Shown here: positions 36,639-45,624 of the stretch, piece after piece
Numbering within the stretch: the stretch's first letter is position 1
How the letters are laid out: each line of letters opens with the position of its first letter
IMG/VR virus record: IMGVR_UViG_3300040801_002923
Location: 1 to 64,000 of that record
Direction: 5' to 3' (one strand)
DNA: 64,000 nt
DNA from: a virus
Notes under the pieces: model-generated
What the model was told of the DNA's origin: nothing
Databases searched by the model: none
The model's input: only the letters and a program-made list of their open reading frames with translations
Position numbers and translations under genes: made by a program

Positions 36639-38849
36639 ATGGCTGAAAATATCGACTACGTAAAGATTGGCAGAGAGATTGTACGGGGCATGCAAGAAGC
36701 GGGCCTCGGCTCCTCATTTGGCAATTCTTTTTCTCCTGCCAATCCAACCGCATCTGGTGGTAGCGATGGCGTACAGGAGATGTCAGATAAAGCAGCCATC
36801 GCAGCATCTCGAATGGAGAAGTTCGAAAAGGCTGTCGCCGGCACGCAGACGGGGCTTACGCGTGCAGAACGAGCACAGATTAAGCGCTATAGAGACCTTG
36901 AACTGGAACAGCGCCGTGCTGCTGCTACAATGCAGAACGCACGCAAGATATCTATGCAGTACCAAGAGGGTACTGAGGAAGGAATTAAAGCCCAACAGAG
37001 GTATCTCGACACGCAACGCGAGCTCGAAAAGGCTACTGAAAACTTAGCACACGCGACCAACGAATTTATCGATCTCCAGGAGAAAGCAAACGATCAGCAA
37101 CGCCGAGAGTTGTTCCCGACGTTTGGTAAGTTTGGTACTCTTCTCAAAAAGAACGCTGCGGCACTTGGAATGCTTGCCGTCAGTATCGGCACCGTTCTGA
37201 CTGAAGCGCTTGCAAAAGATGTAGTGCAACAGCTGAAAGCCGGATCGCAGCTAGCAGCGCTGGAGATGCAAGGGTTTAGTACTGTTCTTGGTATCTCTAC
37301 CGAAGAGATGCTGCAACTCGAAACCGCAAACCGTCAAGCAATCAACGCAATGGGTGGTTCGAGTGTCGTGTTCGGAGATCTCCGCTCGGAGATCATGTCC
37401 ACGATCCCCAACATCAACGGCCTTGCGAGAACTGTAGGTGGAATCGATGAAGCGTTCAAGTTCGTCGTCAACAGTACGGGTGACCTTGCGAAAGCTGGTA
37501 TCTCTGGTGATCAGGCTATTGGAAACTTCACAGCTCAGATGGATGAGTTCCGAACAATTTTTGGAACATCTCCGGAGCAATTCAGAGAGCTAAACAATCA
37601 GCTAGCACAAAACGTTGACATCAGACAATCGCTGCGCGGTCTTGACCGCGACGAACGTCGCCGCCGCATGGAATCGCTTCGTCTGCAGATCCAGCTGAAC
37701 GGCGCCATGGGTATGACTGCCGAACAGGCGGTCGCAGCTGCAACAAGACTGCAAGAACTTGCGGGCGGTAGCGCTAAGGATCGTATCGGGCAAGCAGCTC
37801 GACTACAGACAATGGCCGCCGCGTTTGGTATTCAAGGCGGAGCTGAAGCCGCCTCCGCTCTAAGAGCGGGTCGCCGAGCTTCGCCTGAGCAACAACGTAT
37901 CCTACAACAAGTACTCGACCAGCTATCACAAACAGGGGCGAGATTAGAGACAGGCGGCTCAATCGGTCAAGAGATACTATTTCAACAGATGGCTGAGTCG
38001 CTCAACCTGACAGATCTTGTTGGGAAAGGTTCCGACTTTAACAGCGCACTAACGGACGCGTCGCGTGTTCAGCAAGATGCGAATCTCACTGAAATGGAAC
38101 GTCGTGATATTCTTCTCAAGACCAACAGTGAGTTCTCAACACTGAACAATAACGCAAAAAAGTTGAGTGAGCGCGCGGGTGCTGCCGCAGTCGCCATTGA
38201 TGGTCTTTCAAACTCTTTAAGTGAGAAGTTTGGACAAATTCTAAGATCATCGGCGGGTCAAATATTTGGAGCCTTGGGAGGAGCGGCCATCCTTAGAGGC
38301 GGTCTTCGCGGTCTACCAGCAGCGGCGGGAGCAGCAGGAGCTCAGGGTGCAGGTGCCGCGGGCGCCGCTGCAGCGGGAGCTCGGGGTGCAGGTGCCGCGG
38401 GAAGATTAGCAGGCGCGGGGTCTCGATTGCTCGGCGCAGGCATGGGAGCTCTTCGATTTGCAGGCCCAATAGGTCTAGCGGCGGGGGCTCTGTATGGTGG
38501 ATACAATCTCTACAAGGATTGGGACAACATCGATAGCTTTGGTGACGGTGTGAAATCATTCTTTGGCTTCGGACCGGATGGAGACAATCTATCGGATGCA
38601 GCTTCAGTACCTACATTCCAGCCAATGTTTGCTGGTATGGAAATGATGGAAACCAATATTCCAATCATTACAGAGAACCTCACCAACCAAACATCACTAG
38701 CAGAAGCTGGCCTCGCTGTAATGCGCGAGCAGCGCGATCTTCTTCAGCAACTGGTTGAAATCCAGCGTAGTCTTCAAACAGCAGGACCAACGCCAACTGC
38801 GTCTGTAGACACGCCGCCCGCCAGTGGGGTGTATCCATTGTTCGCCTAA
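36639..38849 (+). CDS. Tape measure-like protein (736 aa)
   Basis: Helical and A/Q/G-rich, with a hydrophobic Gly/Ala stretch. Divergent from the chaperone genes; follows TAAATA 36609. Confidence 0.65.
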   Translation: MAENIDYVKIGREIVRGMQEAGLGSSFGNSFSPANPTASGGSDGVQEMSDKAAIAASRMEKFEKAVAGTQTGLTRAERAQIKRYRDLELEQRRAAATMQNARKISMQYQEGTEEGIKAQQRYLDTQRELEKATENLAHATNEFIDLQEKANDQQRRELFPTFGKFGTLLKKNAAALGMLAVSIGTVLTEALAKDVVQQLKAGSQLAALEMQGFSTVLGISTEEMLQLETANRQAINAMGGSSVVFGDLRSEIMSTIPNINGLARTVGGIDEAFKFVVNSTGDLAKAGISGDQAIGNFTAQMDEFRTIFGTSPEQFRELNNQLAQNVDIRQSLRGLDRDERRRRMESLRLQIQLNGAMGMTAEQAVAAATRLQELAGGSAKDRIGQAARLQTMAAAFGIQGGAEAASALRAGRRASPEQQRILQQVLDQLSQTGARLETGGSIGQEILFQQMAESLNLTDLVGKGSDFNSALTDASRVQQDANLTEMERRDILLKTNSEFSTLNNNAKKLSERAGAAAVAIDGLSNSLSEKFGQILRSSAGQIFGALGGAAILRGGLRGLPAAAGAAGAQGAGAAGAAAAGARGAGAAGRLAGAGSRLLGAGMGALRFAGPIGLAAGALYGGYNLYKDWDNIDSFGDGVKSFFGFGPDGDNLSDAASVPTFQPMFAGMEMMETNIPIITENLTNQTSLAEAGLAVMREQRDLLQQLVEIQRSLQTAGPTPTASVDTPPASGVYPLFA

Positions 38850-38911
38850 TCCGGGGGAGCTGGTTCTGGTACGTCAATAAATAGAATTTAGACGTATATG
38901 GATCACTTTAC

Positions 38912-40570
38912 ATGGCTGATACACCAAAATTCAAGGGGTTCTACAAAGTAGTACAACCCTCTCCGGAGACTGCTAGACTCACCGACAGTCAATCCCTATC
39001 GGATGCTGGCATCTATGGTAACTACTCTTGGTACCAGAGACTAATCCAGGGATCCGGCTCTCGGATCACGCGATACCGTGAGTATGACCTCATGGATAAT
39101 GACGTTGACGTCTCGCGAGCTCTCGACACGATCGCCGAAGAGATATGCGGTAACGACGAGTACACCGACGAACCGCTGATCGTGAACGTTGTCGCTGAAG
39201 ATGACTCGATGATATCTGATACGGAAGTGTTTACACTCCGCACAGCTCTTCGATCTTGGATCGATCTACACAATCTGCGTACACGCCTGTTCAATATCGT
39301 GCGCATGACTATCAAGTATGGAGATGTATTTTTCCGTAAGCGCAAAGAGCACGGTGGTTGGGAATTCATTCATCCTAAGCACGTTGTTGGTGCCATCGTA
39401 GATCGCGAAGATATCACAAAGATTGTCGCGTGGCAGGTGCGTACGCAAATCAAGCACGCTAAGCAGACGTACGGCGTTGCTTTGACCTCTAGCAATGCAC
39501 AAGACGCTACAGAAATCATTCCTGTAAACGAAATCGTTCGGTTCTCGCTAAACGACGACATGTCCGATACCGCTCCTTTCGGTGAGTCGGTGCTCCGCCC
39601 TGTGTACCGCTCTCACAAGCAAAAGGAACTGCTCGAAGATTCTGTCGTCATCTATCGCATCCAACGTGCGCCCGAGCGCCGTGTATTTTACATCGATGTT
39701 GGTAAGATGCCACCGCAACGTACCAAGCAGTATCTCGAGCAGATTAAGAACGAGATCAAGCAGAAGAAGGTGCCAACGTTTAACGGTGGAACTAGCGAGG
39801 TTGACTCCGTGTATAACCCGCAGTCCATGTCTGAAGACTTCTTCTTCGCTCAGCGCGCAGACGGCCGCGGTTCCCGCGTAGATACGCTTCCTGGTGGAGC
39901 TGGTCTTGGCGAACTATCGGACCTCGAGTACTTTATGGACAAAGTACTCCGTGGTCTTCGTATTCCTTTGTCGTACATGTACCAGGATCAAGATCAACCA
40001 GGCGGTATCTTTAATGATGGTAGAACTGGTGTCGCTTACATTCAGGAGCTTCGCTTTGCCCTGTATGTTGAGCGTCTCCAGCGCTTCTTCGAAACAGTTC
40101 TTGACGTTGAGTTCAAGAAGTATCTGCGATTCTGTGGAATCATCATTAAAGATGAAGACTGGGAAGTCAAGCTACCCGCACCGCAGAACTTCGGTAAGTA
40201 TCGCCAGCAAGAGCTCGACGCCGCCCTACTCAACGGCTTTGCGCAGGCAGATCAGATTCCTTATCTGTCGAAGCGCTTTATCATGGAACGCTACCTGCAG
40301 CTTGAGGATGAGGAAATCATTCGCAACGAGCAGCTTCTCCGTGAAGAGAAAAATCTACCACCGGACGAGAAGAATCTTGATCCAGATCTTCAGCAGCTTT
40401 ACCGCCCCGAAGACGCAGCGATGGGTATGGAAGGTGACATGGGCGGTGGAGATCTCAGCGGGATGACAGCTGGAACACTTGGTGCTGACGACCCACTAGG
40501 TGGCGGTGACGCTGCGGGAGATGCCGACGGTGATACAGGTGCCGATGCAGCAGCAACCGCCGAAACATAA
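38912..40570 (+). CDS. Portal protein, T4 gp20-like
   Basis: LLEDSVVIYRIQRAPERRVFYIDVGKMP, EDFFF...RGSRVDTLPGG and LRIPLS motifs. Confidence 0.95.
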   Translation: MADTPKFKGFYKVVQPSPETARLTDSQSLSDAGIYGNYSWYQRLIQGSGSRITRYREYDLMDNDVDVSRALDTIAEEICGNDEYTDEPLIVNVVAEDDSMISDTEVFTLRTALRSWIDLHNLRTRLFNIVRMTIKYGDVFFRKRKEHGGWEFIHPKHVVGAIVDREDITKIVAWQVRTQIKHAKQTYGVALTSSNAQDATEIIPVNEIVRFSLNDDMSDTAPFGESVLRPVYRSHKQKELLEDSVVIYRIQRAPERRVFYIDVGKMPPQRTKQYLEQIKNEIKQKKVPTFNGGTSEVDSVYNPQSMSEDFFFAQRADGRGSRVDTLPGGAGLGELSDLEYFMDKVLRGLRIPLSYMYQDQDQPGGIFNDGRTGVAYIQELRFALYVERLQRFFETVLDVEFKKYLRFCGIIIKDEDWEVKLPAPQNFGKYRQQELDAALLNGFAQADQIPYLSKRFIMERYLQLEDEEIIRNEQLLREEKNLPPDEKNLDPDLQQLYRPEDAAMGMEGDMGGGDLSGMTAGTLGADDPLGGGDAAGDADGDTGADAAATAET

Positions 40571-40609
40571 CAGACTATATACATAGCCCCATAAATAGAA
40601 GGAGAAACC

Positions 40610-40774
40610 ATGTCAGATCGTACAGAAGAACTCAAGCAGTTCCTTGATAACATGATCGACGGCAACGCTGAACAGGCTGAAGTGCATCTGCACTCATATG
40701 TTGCAGACAAGATGCGGTCTATTGTTAAACCGCCTGTCGAGCCTGATCAGGAAGCTAACACAGACGACGAATAA
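40610..40774 (+). CDS. Small acidic prohead core-like protein (54 aa)
   Basis: Not in the ORF track. TAAATA plus AAGGAG SD, then MSDRTEELKQFLDNMIDG...; occupies the gp67/gp68 position between portal and protease. Confidence 0.7.
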   Translation: MSDRTEELKQFLDNMIDGNAEQAEVHLHSYVADKMRSIVKPPVEPDQEANTDDE

Positions 40775-40784
40775 CGGAGGCAGT

Positions 40785-41426
40785 ATGAGCGGCGACATTG
40801 TTCTACTCGAAGAAGAGCTGAGCCCAGCAACGGCAAACCTGATTGAAGAATCATCTCGCGACGGTAAGAACGTCTGGCTGAGTGGTGTCTACATGCAGGC
40901 TGAGCTCAAGAATCGCAATGGCCGCGTTTACCCGCTCCAAGAAATTGCAAACGCCGTAAATGTAGCGAACGAACGCATCAAAGATTCCAATGGGATCCTG
41001 GGTGAGCTTGATCACCCACAGACACTCACAATTAACCTGGATCGTGTGTCCCACGTGATCACCGAGATGCGCATGGAAGGAAACAACGCATATGGTAAGG
41101 CGCGCCTGATGGACACCCCAATGGGTAACATCGCTCGTGAGCTTGTCAATGCAGGTGTTCGTCTTGGTGTTTCCAGCCGCGGAGCTGGATCGGTAGGGAC
41201 AGATGGCGGTGTTCAAAGCTTCCAGTTTGTCACTGTTGACATCGTTGCCCAACCATCGGCTCCGGGTGCCGTTCCTGACAGCATTTACGAATCTCTGATG
41301 CATAATCGCCACGGAGCTGAAGCTGTTTCACTAGCTGAGCAAGTGCGTCATGACCCCGCTGCTCAGAAGTATTTCAAACGCGAATTTCAAAGATTTCTCT
41401 CCGAGAATCTGTTCGTTAAGAAGTAA
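40785..41426 (+). CDS. Prohead protease, gp21-like
   Basis: NRNGRVYP, GELDHP, VSH, LGVSSRGAGS, DIVAQPSAPGA; GGAGG SD before ATG 40785. Confidence 0.95.
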   Translation: MSGDIVLLEEELSPATANLIEESSRDGKNVWLSGVYMQAELKNRNGRVYPLQEIANAVNVANERIKDSNGILGELDHPQTLTINLDRVSHVITEMRMEGNNAYGKARLMDTPMGNIARELVNAGVRLGVSSRGAGSVGTDGGVQSFQFVTVDIVAQPSAPGAVPDSIYESLMHNRHGAEAVSLAEQVRHDPAAQKYFKREFQRFLSENLFVKK

Positions 41427-41540
41427 CGGTTCATAAAAAGTCCAAAAATTATGTAAAAGGACATCGATGTGTAACCCCGCATAAACTGCGGGGGCCCACT
41501 CACACCGCTCTAAAAGTGTCCCGCATCAATCAAACCACCA

Positions 41541-41548
41541 TATAAATA
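41541..41548 (+). promoter_or_regulatory. T4-type late promoter TATAAATA (scaffold/capsid operon)
   Basis: Exact T4 late consensus in intergenic DNA; gp55 is encoded in the window. Confidence 0.8.
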
Positions 41549-41618
41549 TCTTTATCGGGTAATACCGAGTTTTGGCGTACCCGTAAACACAAACGTGAGC
41601 ATTAAGGAGAAATCACCA

Positions 41619-42548
41619 ATGGATGAACTGCTTCAAAAGCTGTTCGAAGCAAACGTTCTTTCTGAGGACACAAAGAAAGAACTGCAGGAAGCATTCGGTC
41701 AGCACCTATCTGAGGCTGTTGAAGCAGCGAAGGCAGAAGCCACAGCGGATGTTCGTGCCGAGCTGACTGAACAGTGGGTTAATGAACGCGATGCTCTACT
41801 TGAGGCTATTGACAACAAAGTTGGCGATGTCCTTGATGCAGAGATGAGCGAACTCAAGGAAGACATTGAAGGCTTCCGCGATCTCAAGGCTGAGTTCGCA
41901 GAGAAGGAAGTTGAGCTGAAGGCAGCTCTCGCAGAGGAAGTCAAGCAGGACCTAGCACAACTGGTCGAGCAACTTGACGCATTCCTTGAGATCCGCCTGA
42001 CAGCAGAGCTGGATGAGCTCATGGAAGACATCCAGGAAGTCAAGAAGAACGATCTCGGTCGCCGCATCTTCGACGCAGTTGTTGAGGAGTATCAGGCTGA
42101 GTTCGCTGATGACGAGTCCGTCGCCGGCTCACTTCGTGAGACAGAGGCCCGACTCGAAGATACAACAGCACAACTCGAGGAAGCGGTTGCACGTGTAGCC
42201 GAACTTGAGCGTGCACAAAAGCTTGACGAGGTTCTTGCACCACTATCTGGCCGTCAGCGCGAGGTAATGGAAGCAATCCTTAAGCACGTAGACACAGCAC
42301 ACCTCGAAGAGGGTTACAAAACCTTCATCGGTCGTGTTCTAAAAGAATCTGATGGAGCTGAATCAGAGAAGGAAGATTCAGTACTGGCTGAAAACGCTTC
42401 GGAAGATGGTAAAGAAGAGGTCCAGGGCAACCTGGTAACAGGTGACGACGAGACACGTCTCGACGAAGAAGCAAAAGCTGATCAGCAGGCAGGTAACACA
42501 CTGACTGAATCTCAGCGTGAGCGTCTAAAGCGCCTGGCAGGTATCTAA
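41619..42548 (+). CDS. Prohead scaffold/core protein, gp22-like
   Basis: Acidic coiled coil between protease and capsid genes; ends RLKRLAGI; AAGGAG SD. Confidence 0.88.
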   Translation: MDELLQKLFEANVLSEDTKKELQEAFGQHLSEAVEAAKAEATADVRAELTEQWVNERDALLEAIDNKVGDVLDAEMSELKEDIEGFRDLKAEFAEKEVELKAALAEEVKQDLAQLVEQLDAFLEIRLTAELDELMEDIQEVKKNDLGRRIFDAVVEEYQAEFADDESVAGSLRETEARLEDTTAQLEEAVARVAELERAQKLDEVLAPLSGRQREVMEAILKHVDTAHLEEGYKTFIGRVLKESDGAESEKEDSVLAENASEDGKEEVQGNLVTGDDETRLDEEAKADQQAGNTLTESQRERLKRLAGI

Positions 42549-42607
42549 GCCTTAGGTATCTAAGGACTACCATTTAACCATTCCATTATTCAAACAAGGA
42601 GAAAACA

Positions 42608-43996
42608 ATGGAAGAGATGTTTGAAAACTGGGGCGAAGCGAAAGAAGCACTGATGGAAGGCCTAACGCCTCGTCAGCGCAAGGTCGTAGCTCCTATTCTG
42701 GAGAACCAGAAAGAGTATTCGATGCTCGGTGAGACAGCTGCAGCTGGTGCTACACAGGCTCACGACATCGCAGGATTCCGTAAGATCCTGATCCCAATGA
42801 TCCGTCGTATCATTCCTGGTACAATCGCTATGGAGCTGGTTGGTGTTCAGCCAATGCAAGGTCCAGTCGCGCAGATCTACTCCCTCCGCTACCGTTACCG
42901 TGAGGCAATGACTCACAACGCTGCGAACTCGCCATTCGGTGGTTTCGACATCGCAGACGGTGACGAGGCATTCGGTAACCAGGAGAACGATCCAACGTCC
43001 AAGCCAATCCGTGCATTCTACTCCGGTGGTGTCGGTGGCCCACAGAACCCAGGCGCATCCGGTATCGGTGCAGGCTTCGACTCCACAACTGACATCGCTG
43101 CTGCTACTGCAGATGGTGAAGCATTCGGTTCCTCTCAGTCTGCTCTGTCTGGCTGCACAACAGGCGGTTCCGGTTCGCACATCGAAGGTTCCGGTGGTCG
43201 TAAGATGTCTCTTGACGTCGTCGCGCAGGTTGTTGAGTCCAAGACTCGTAAGCTGCAGGCAGGTTGGACAGTCGAAGCAATGCAAGACTTCCAGTCCCAG
43301 CACGGCATGGACATCGAAGGTGAGATGACTCAGGCTCTGTCCGCAGAGATCGTTCAGAACATCGACGCAGAGATCATCACAGACCTTCTGACACTTGCAG
43401 GTACGGTTCAGACCTTCGACGGTTCCTCCCCAGGTACCTACGGTGGTCCTACATACCAGCCAGCATATGTCGGTGATCGTCTTGCAAACCTCGGCGTAAT
43501 CATCAACTACGTTGCTAACGAGATCGCACGTCGTACTCGTCGCGGCCAGGGTAACTTCATCGTGGTGTCTCCACTGGTTGTTTCTGTTCTGCAGACAGCA
43601 GCTAAGTCGGTCTTCGCACCAGCTGTTGAAGGTTCCTTCCGTGGTCCTAACAACACAGCTCTCGTCGGTACACTCGGCGGCCAGATCAAGGTCTACAGCT
43701 ACCTGTGGAACACAGCTGGTTCCGGCATCGACATGGGTGTTGCAGCACCTGGTACGGATGACGTCATCCTCGTCGGCTACAAGGGCGGCAACGGTGAAAC
43801 GGATACGGGTTACTTCTACTGCCCATACATCCCACTGATGTCCTCTGGTGTGGTCATGGATCCACAGACGTTCCAGCCTGTCTTCTCTCTGATGACTCGC
43901 TACGGTAAGACGTTCTTCACAGACGTCAACACGTCTCTGGGCAACTCCGGTGACTACTACGGTAAGATCAACGTGACGGACCTGTCCTTCGCGTAA
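42608..43996 (+). CDS. Major capsid protein, gp23-like
   Basis: LENQ, IPMIRRIIP, LVGVQPMQGP, TRKLQAGWTVEAMQD, RRGQGNF, YCPYIPL and MTRYG motifs. Confidence 0.97.
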   Translation: MEEMFENWGEAKEALMEGLTPRQRKVVAPILENQKEYSMLGETAAAGATQAHDIAGFRKILIPMIRRIIPGTIAMELVGVQPMQGPVAQIYSLRYRYREAMTHNAANSPFGGFDIADGDEAFGNQENDPTSKPIRAFYSGGVGGPQNPGASGIGAGFDSTTDIAAATADGEAFGSSQSALSGCTTGGSGSHIEGSGGRKMSLDVVAQVVESKTRKLQAGWTVEAMQDFQSQHGMDIEGEMTQALSAEIVQNIDAEIITDLLTLAGTVQTFDGSSPGTYGGPTYQPAYVGDRLANLGVIINYVANEIARRTRRGQGNFIVVSPLVVSVLQTAAKSVFAPAVEGSFRGPNNTALVGTLGGQIKVYSYLWNTAGSGIDMGVAAPGTDDVILVGYKGGNGETDTGYFYCPYIPLMSSGVVMDPQTFQPVFSLMTRYGKTFFTDVNTSLGNSGDYYGKINVTDLSFA

Positions 43997-44020
43997 TCGA
44001 AACCGAAGTCAGCAGTATCG

Positions 44021-44048
44021 AAAAACCCGGCCTAGGCCGGGTTTTTTG
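44021..44048 (+). terminator. Intrinsic terminator after the capsid gene
   Basis: AAAAACCCGGCCTAGGCCGGGTTTTTTG palindrome. Confidence 0.9.
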
Positions 44049-44119
44049 TTGCCTTACGAAAAGTGACCCAGTATTATAGTTAATTCCTTGCGTTTTAGTA
44101 CGGCCCAATAGTAAGACCG

Positions 44120-44127
44120 TATAAATA
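44120..44127 (+). promoter_or_regulatory. Late promoter TATAAATA
   Basis: Exact consensus upstream of 44153. Confidence 0.8.
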
Positions 44128-44152
44128 TTCATAAACGTCAAGTAAGGAACCA

Positions 44153-44482
44153 ATGGAAAAGCTCACATTCAAACGGTATCTAGAGACTAAGGCAGAACTC
44201 GTTGAAGCACTTCAGCGTACGCCTGAACAGGAGATCAGCTATGTTGTGCGTAAGTACTGCAAACTGCCTCTTGGTGAGTCTAAAGATTCTCGCGAGTATG
44301 TTTCGCTGAAACCAAAGCAGCGCATTGTCGTTCGTTGGTTGTATGAAGACATTGAAAACCCAACCCCTTTGAGGGTTCGGTTCGAAGGTCTTGGTGAACA
44401 AGACGAGCATGTGTTCGAAACATTCTGGTCTGGTGAAAAACTTGATGGGTGGCTATCACGTAACGCAAGGGAGTTGATTTAA
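44153..44482 (+). CDS. Putative internal head protein
   Basis: Late promoter, AAGGA SD, N-terminus MEKLTFKRYLE. Confidence 0.6.
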   Translation: MEKLTFKRYLETKAELVEALQRTPEQEISYVVRKYCKLPLGESKDSREYVSLKPKQRIVVRWLYEDIENPTPLRVRFEGLGEQDEHVFETFWSGEKLDGWLSRNARELI

Positions 44483-44946
44483 TGTTTACCCTGATTAACG
44501 AAATTCAAGGGGATGTTGAGCATCAACGTCGCCTTCAAGAGAATATCTCTGTAATCTTCGACAACGAAGAGCAGGCAGCTCTGTTCGAACGCGCTGACAA
44601 GTATATTGGCAAAGCGATTGCAAGTCTCCGTGCTTCGAAGAACCCCGTCGAGCAGGGTACTGTAGATCCAGATATCCTTGCAGCGCTTGATGGTCTTGGG
44701 GATCCAGATCTTCAAGATGCTCTTGTTCCGAACGAACGCAAGCGAGCTCGGGCACTAAGTGTTCTCGATCGTAATGCACAGGTGCAAAAGGCTCTCAAGG
44801 ATATGGGTGCAACCCGCATGAAGAGCCGTGCTGCCGCAATTCGCAAACAAGCTGCAGAAAACCCAAAGGAGCTAGCGAGCCATCTCGAAAAGCTCCAGAT
44901 GCGTATGAGCCAGGCGCAGCAAGCTGCTGCGGGTAACCAGGAGTAA
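44482..44946 (+). CDS. Hypothetical late protein
   Basis: TAATG coupling; GGGAG SD. Confidence 0.65.
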   Translation: MFTLINEIQGDVEHQRRLQENISVIFDNEEQAALFERADKYIGKAIASLRASKNPVEQGTVDPDILAALDGLGDPDLQDALVPNERKRARALSVLDRNAQVQKALKDMGATRMKSRAAAIRKQAAENPKELASHLEKLQMRMSQAQQAAAGNQE

Positions 44947-44949
44947 CAC

Positions 44950-45564
44950 ATGATCACTTTCACCGAACATCTAATTCTCGAAAGCACGGCTTCCGACCCT
45001 AAGCAGCTGATTCGAAGCAATCTCAACAAGATCATGCGCCTCGACACAGGAGGTAAGCGCGATCTGGATGCTTTTGACTTGATCGAAGCTCTTGAGGTGC
45101 TCCGCAAGATGTTTGCTCAAGCGGTGAAAACTTCTCAAACAACCGTGGTAACTGATCGTGGTGATGAAGTGGATCTCAGCAACGGTCACCGTAAGGGCGA
45201 AGACAAGTTTGATATGGTCGCTGATGTTAAAGGTGCCGTTGAAAGCTATTTCATGGACGGCAAAACAGAAACTGAGAGCATGCTCAATCGTCGCAAATAT
45301 CGTGCTCTAGTTACACTGATCCTCAAACCTATCGCAAACTCTTTCCGTGGTATGTCGCACGAAGAGATCGCTGAAACCTACAACAACAGAATCGATCAGC
45401 TGATTGAATACATCAAAGACAGTAACATCGTCGCAAGCTCGTCAGAGGCTGATGTTGCCAAAGAAGCCATCGCTCGCTCGGTTCGACAAGCTACTCAAGT
45501 GCAGAAAGCAGCTGATGCAATCATGAAGCTGCGCAAGAAAGCCAAGAAGAAAAGAAGCAACTAA
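44950..45564 (+). CDS. Putative internal head protein
   Basis: AGGAG SD, N-terminus MITFTEHLILES, basic C-terminus. Confidence 0.6.
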   Translation: MITFTEHLILESTASDPKQLIRSNLNKIMRLDTGGKRDLDAFDLIEALEVLRKMFAQAVKTSQTTVVTDRGDEVDLSNGHRKGEDKFDMVADVKGAVESYFMDGKTETESMLNRRKYRALVTLILKPIANSFRGMSHEEIAETYNNRIDQLIEYIKDSNIVASSSEADVAKEAIARSVRQATQVQKAADAIMKLRKKAKKKRSN

Positions 45565-45587
45565 CCCTCCCGGGAGTACCTCACCTC

Positions 45588-45621
45588 TATAAATACCTCC
45601 ACATTCGTGTGGAGGTATTTA
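45588..45621 (+). promoter_or_regulatory. Late promoter overlapping an SD-sequestering hairpin
   Basis: TATAAATA at 45588; TAAATACCTCCACA-TTCG-TGTGGAGGTATTTA is a 14-bp inverted repeat containing the GGAGG SD. Confidence 0.8.
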
Positions 45622-45624
45622 AGT

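Noticed and set aside
42539-42564. Short direct repeat AGGTATCTAAG x2 with a small hairpin before the capsid gene
   Set aside because: Too short to assign; it may be an mRNA processing or stability stem but has no further support.
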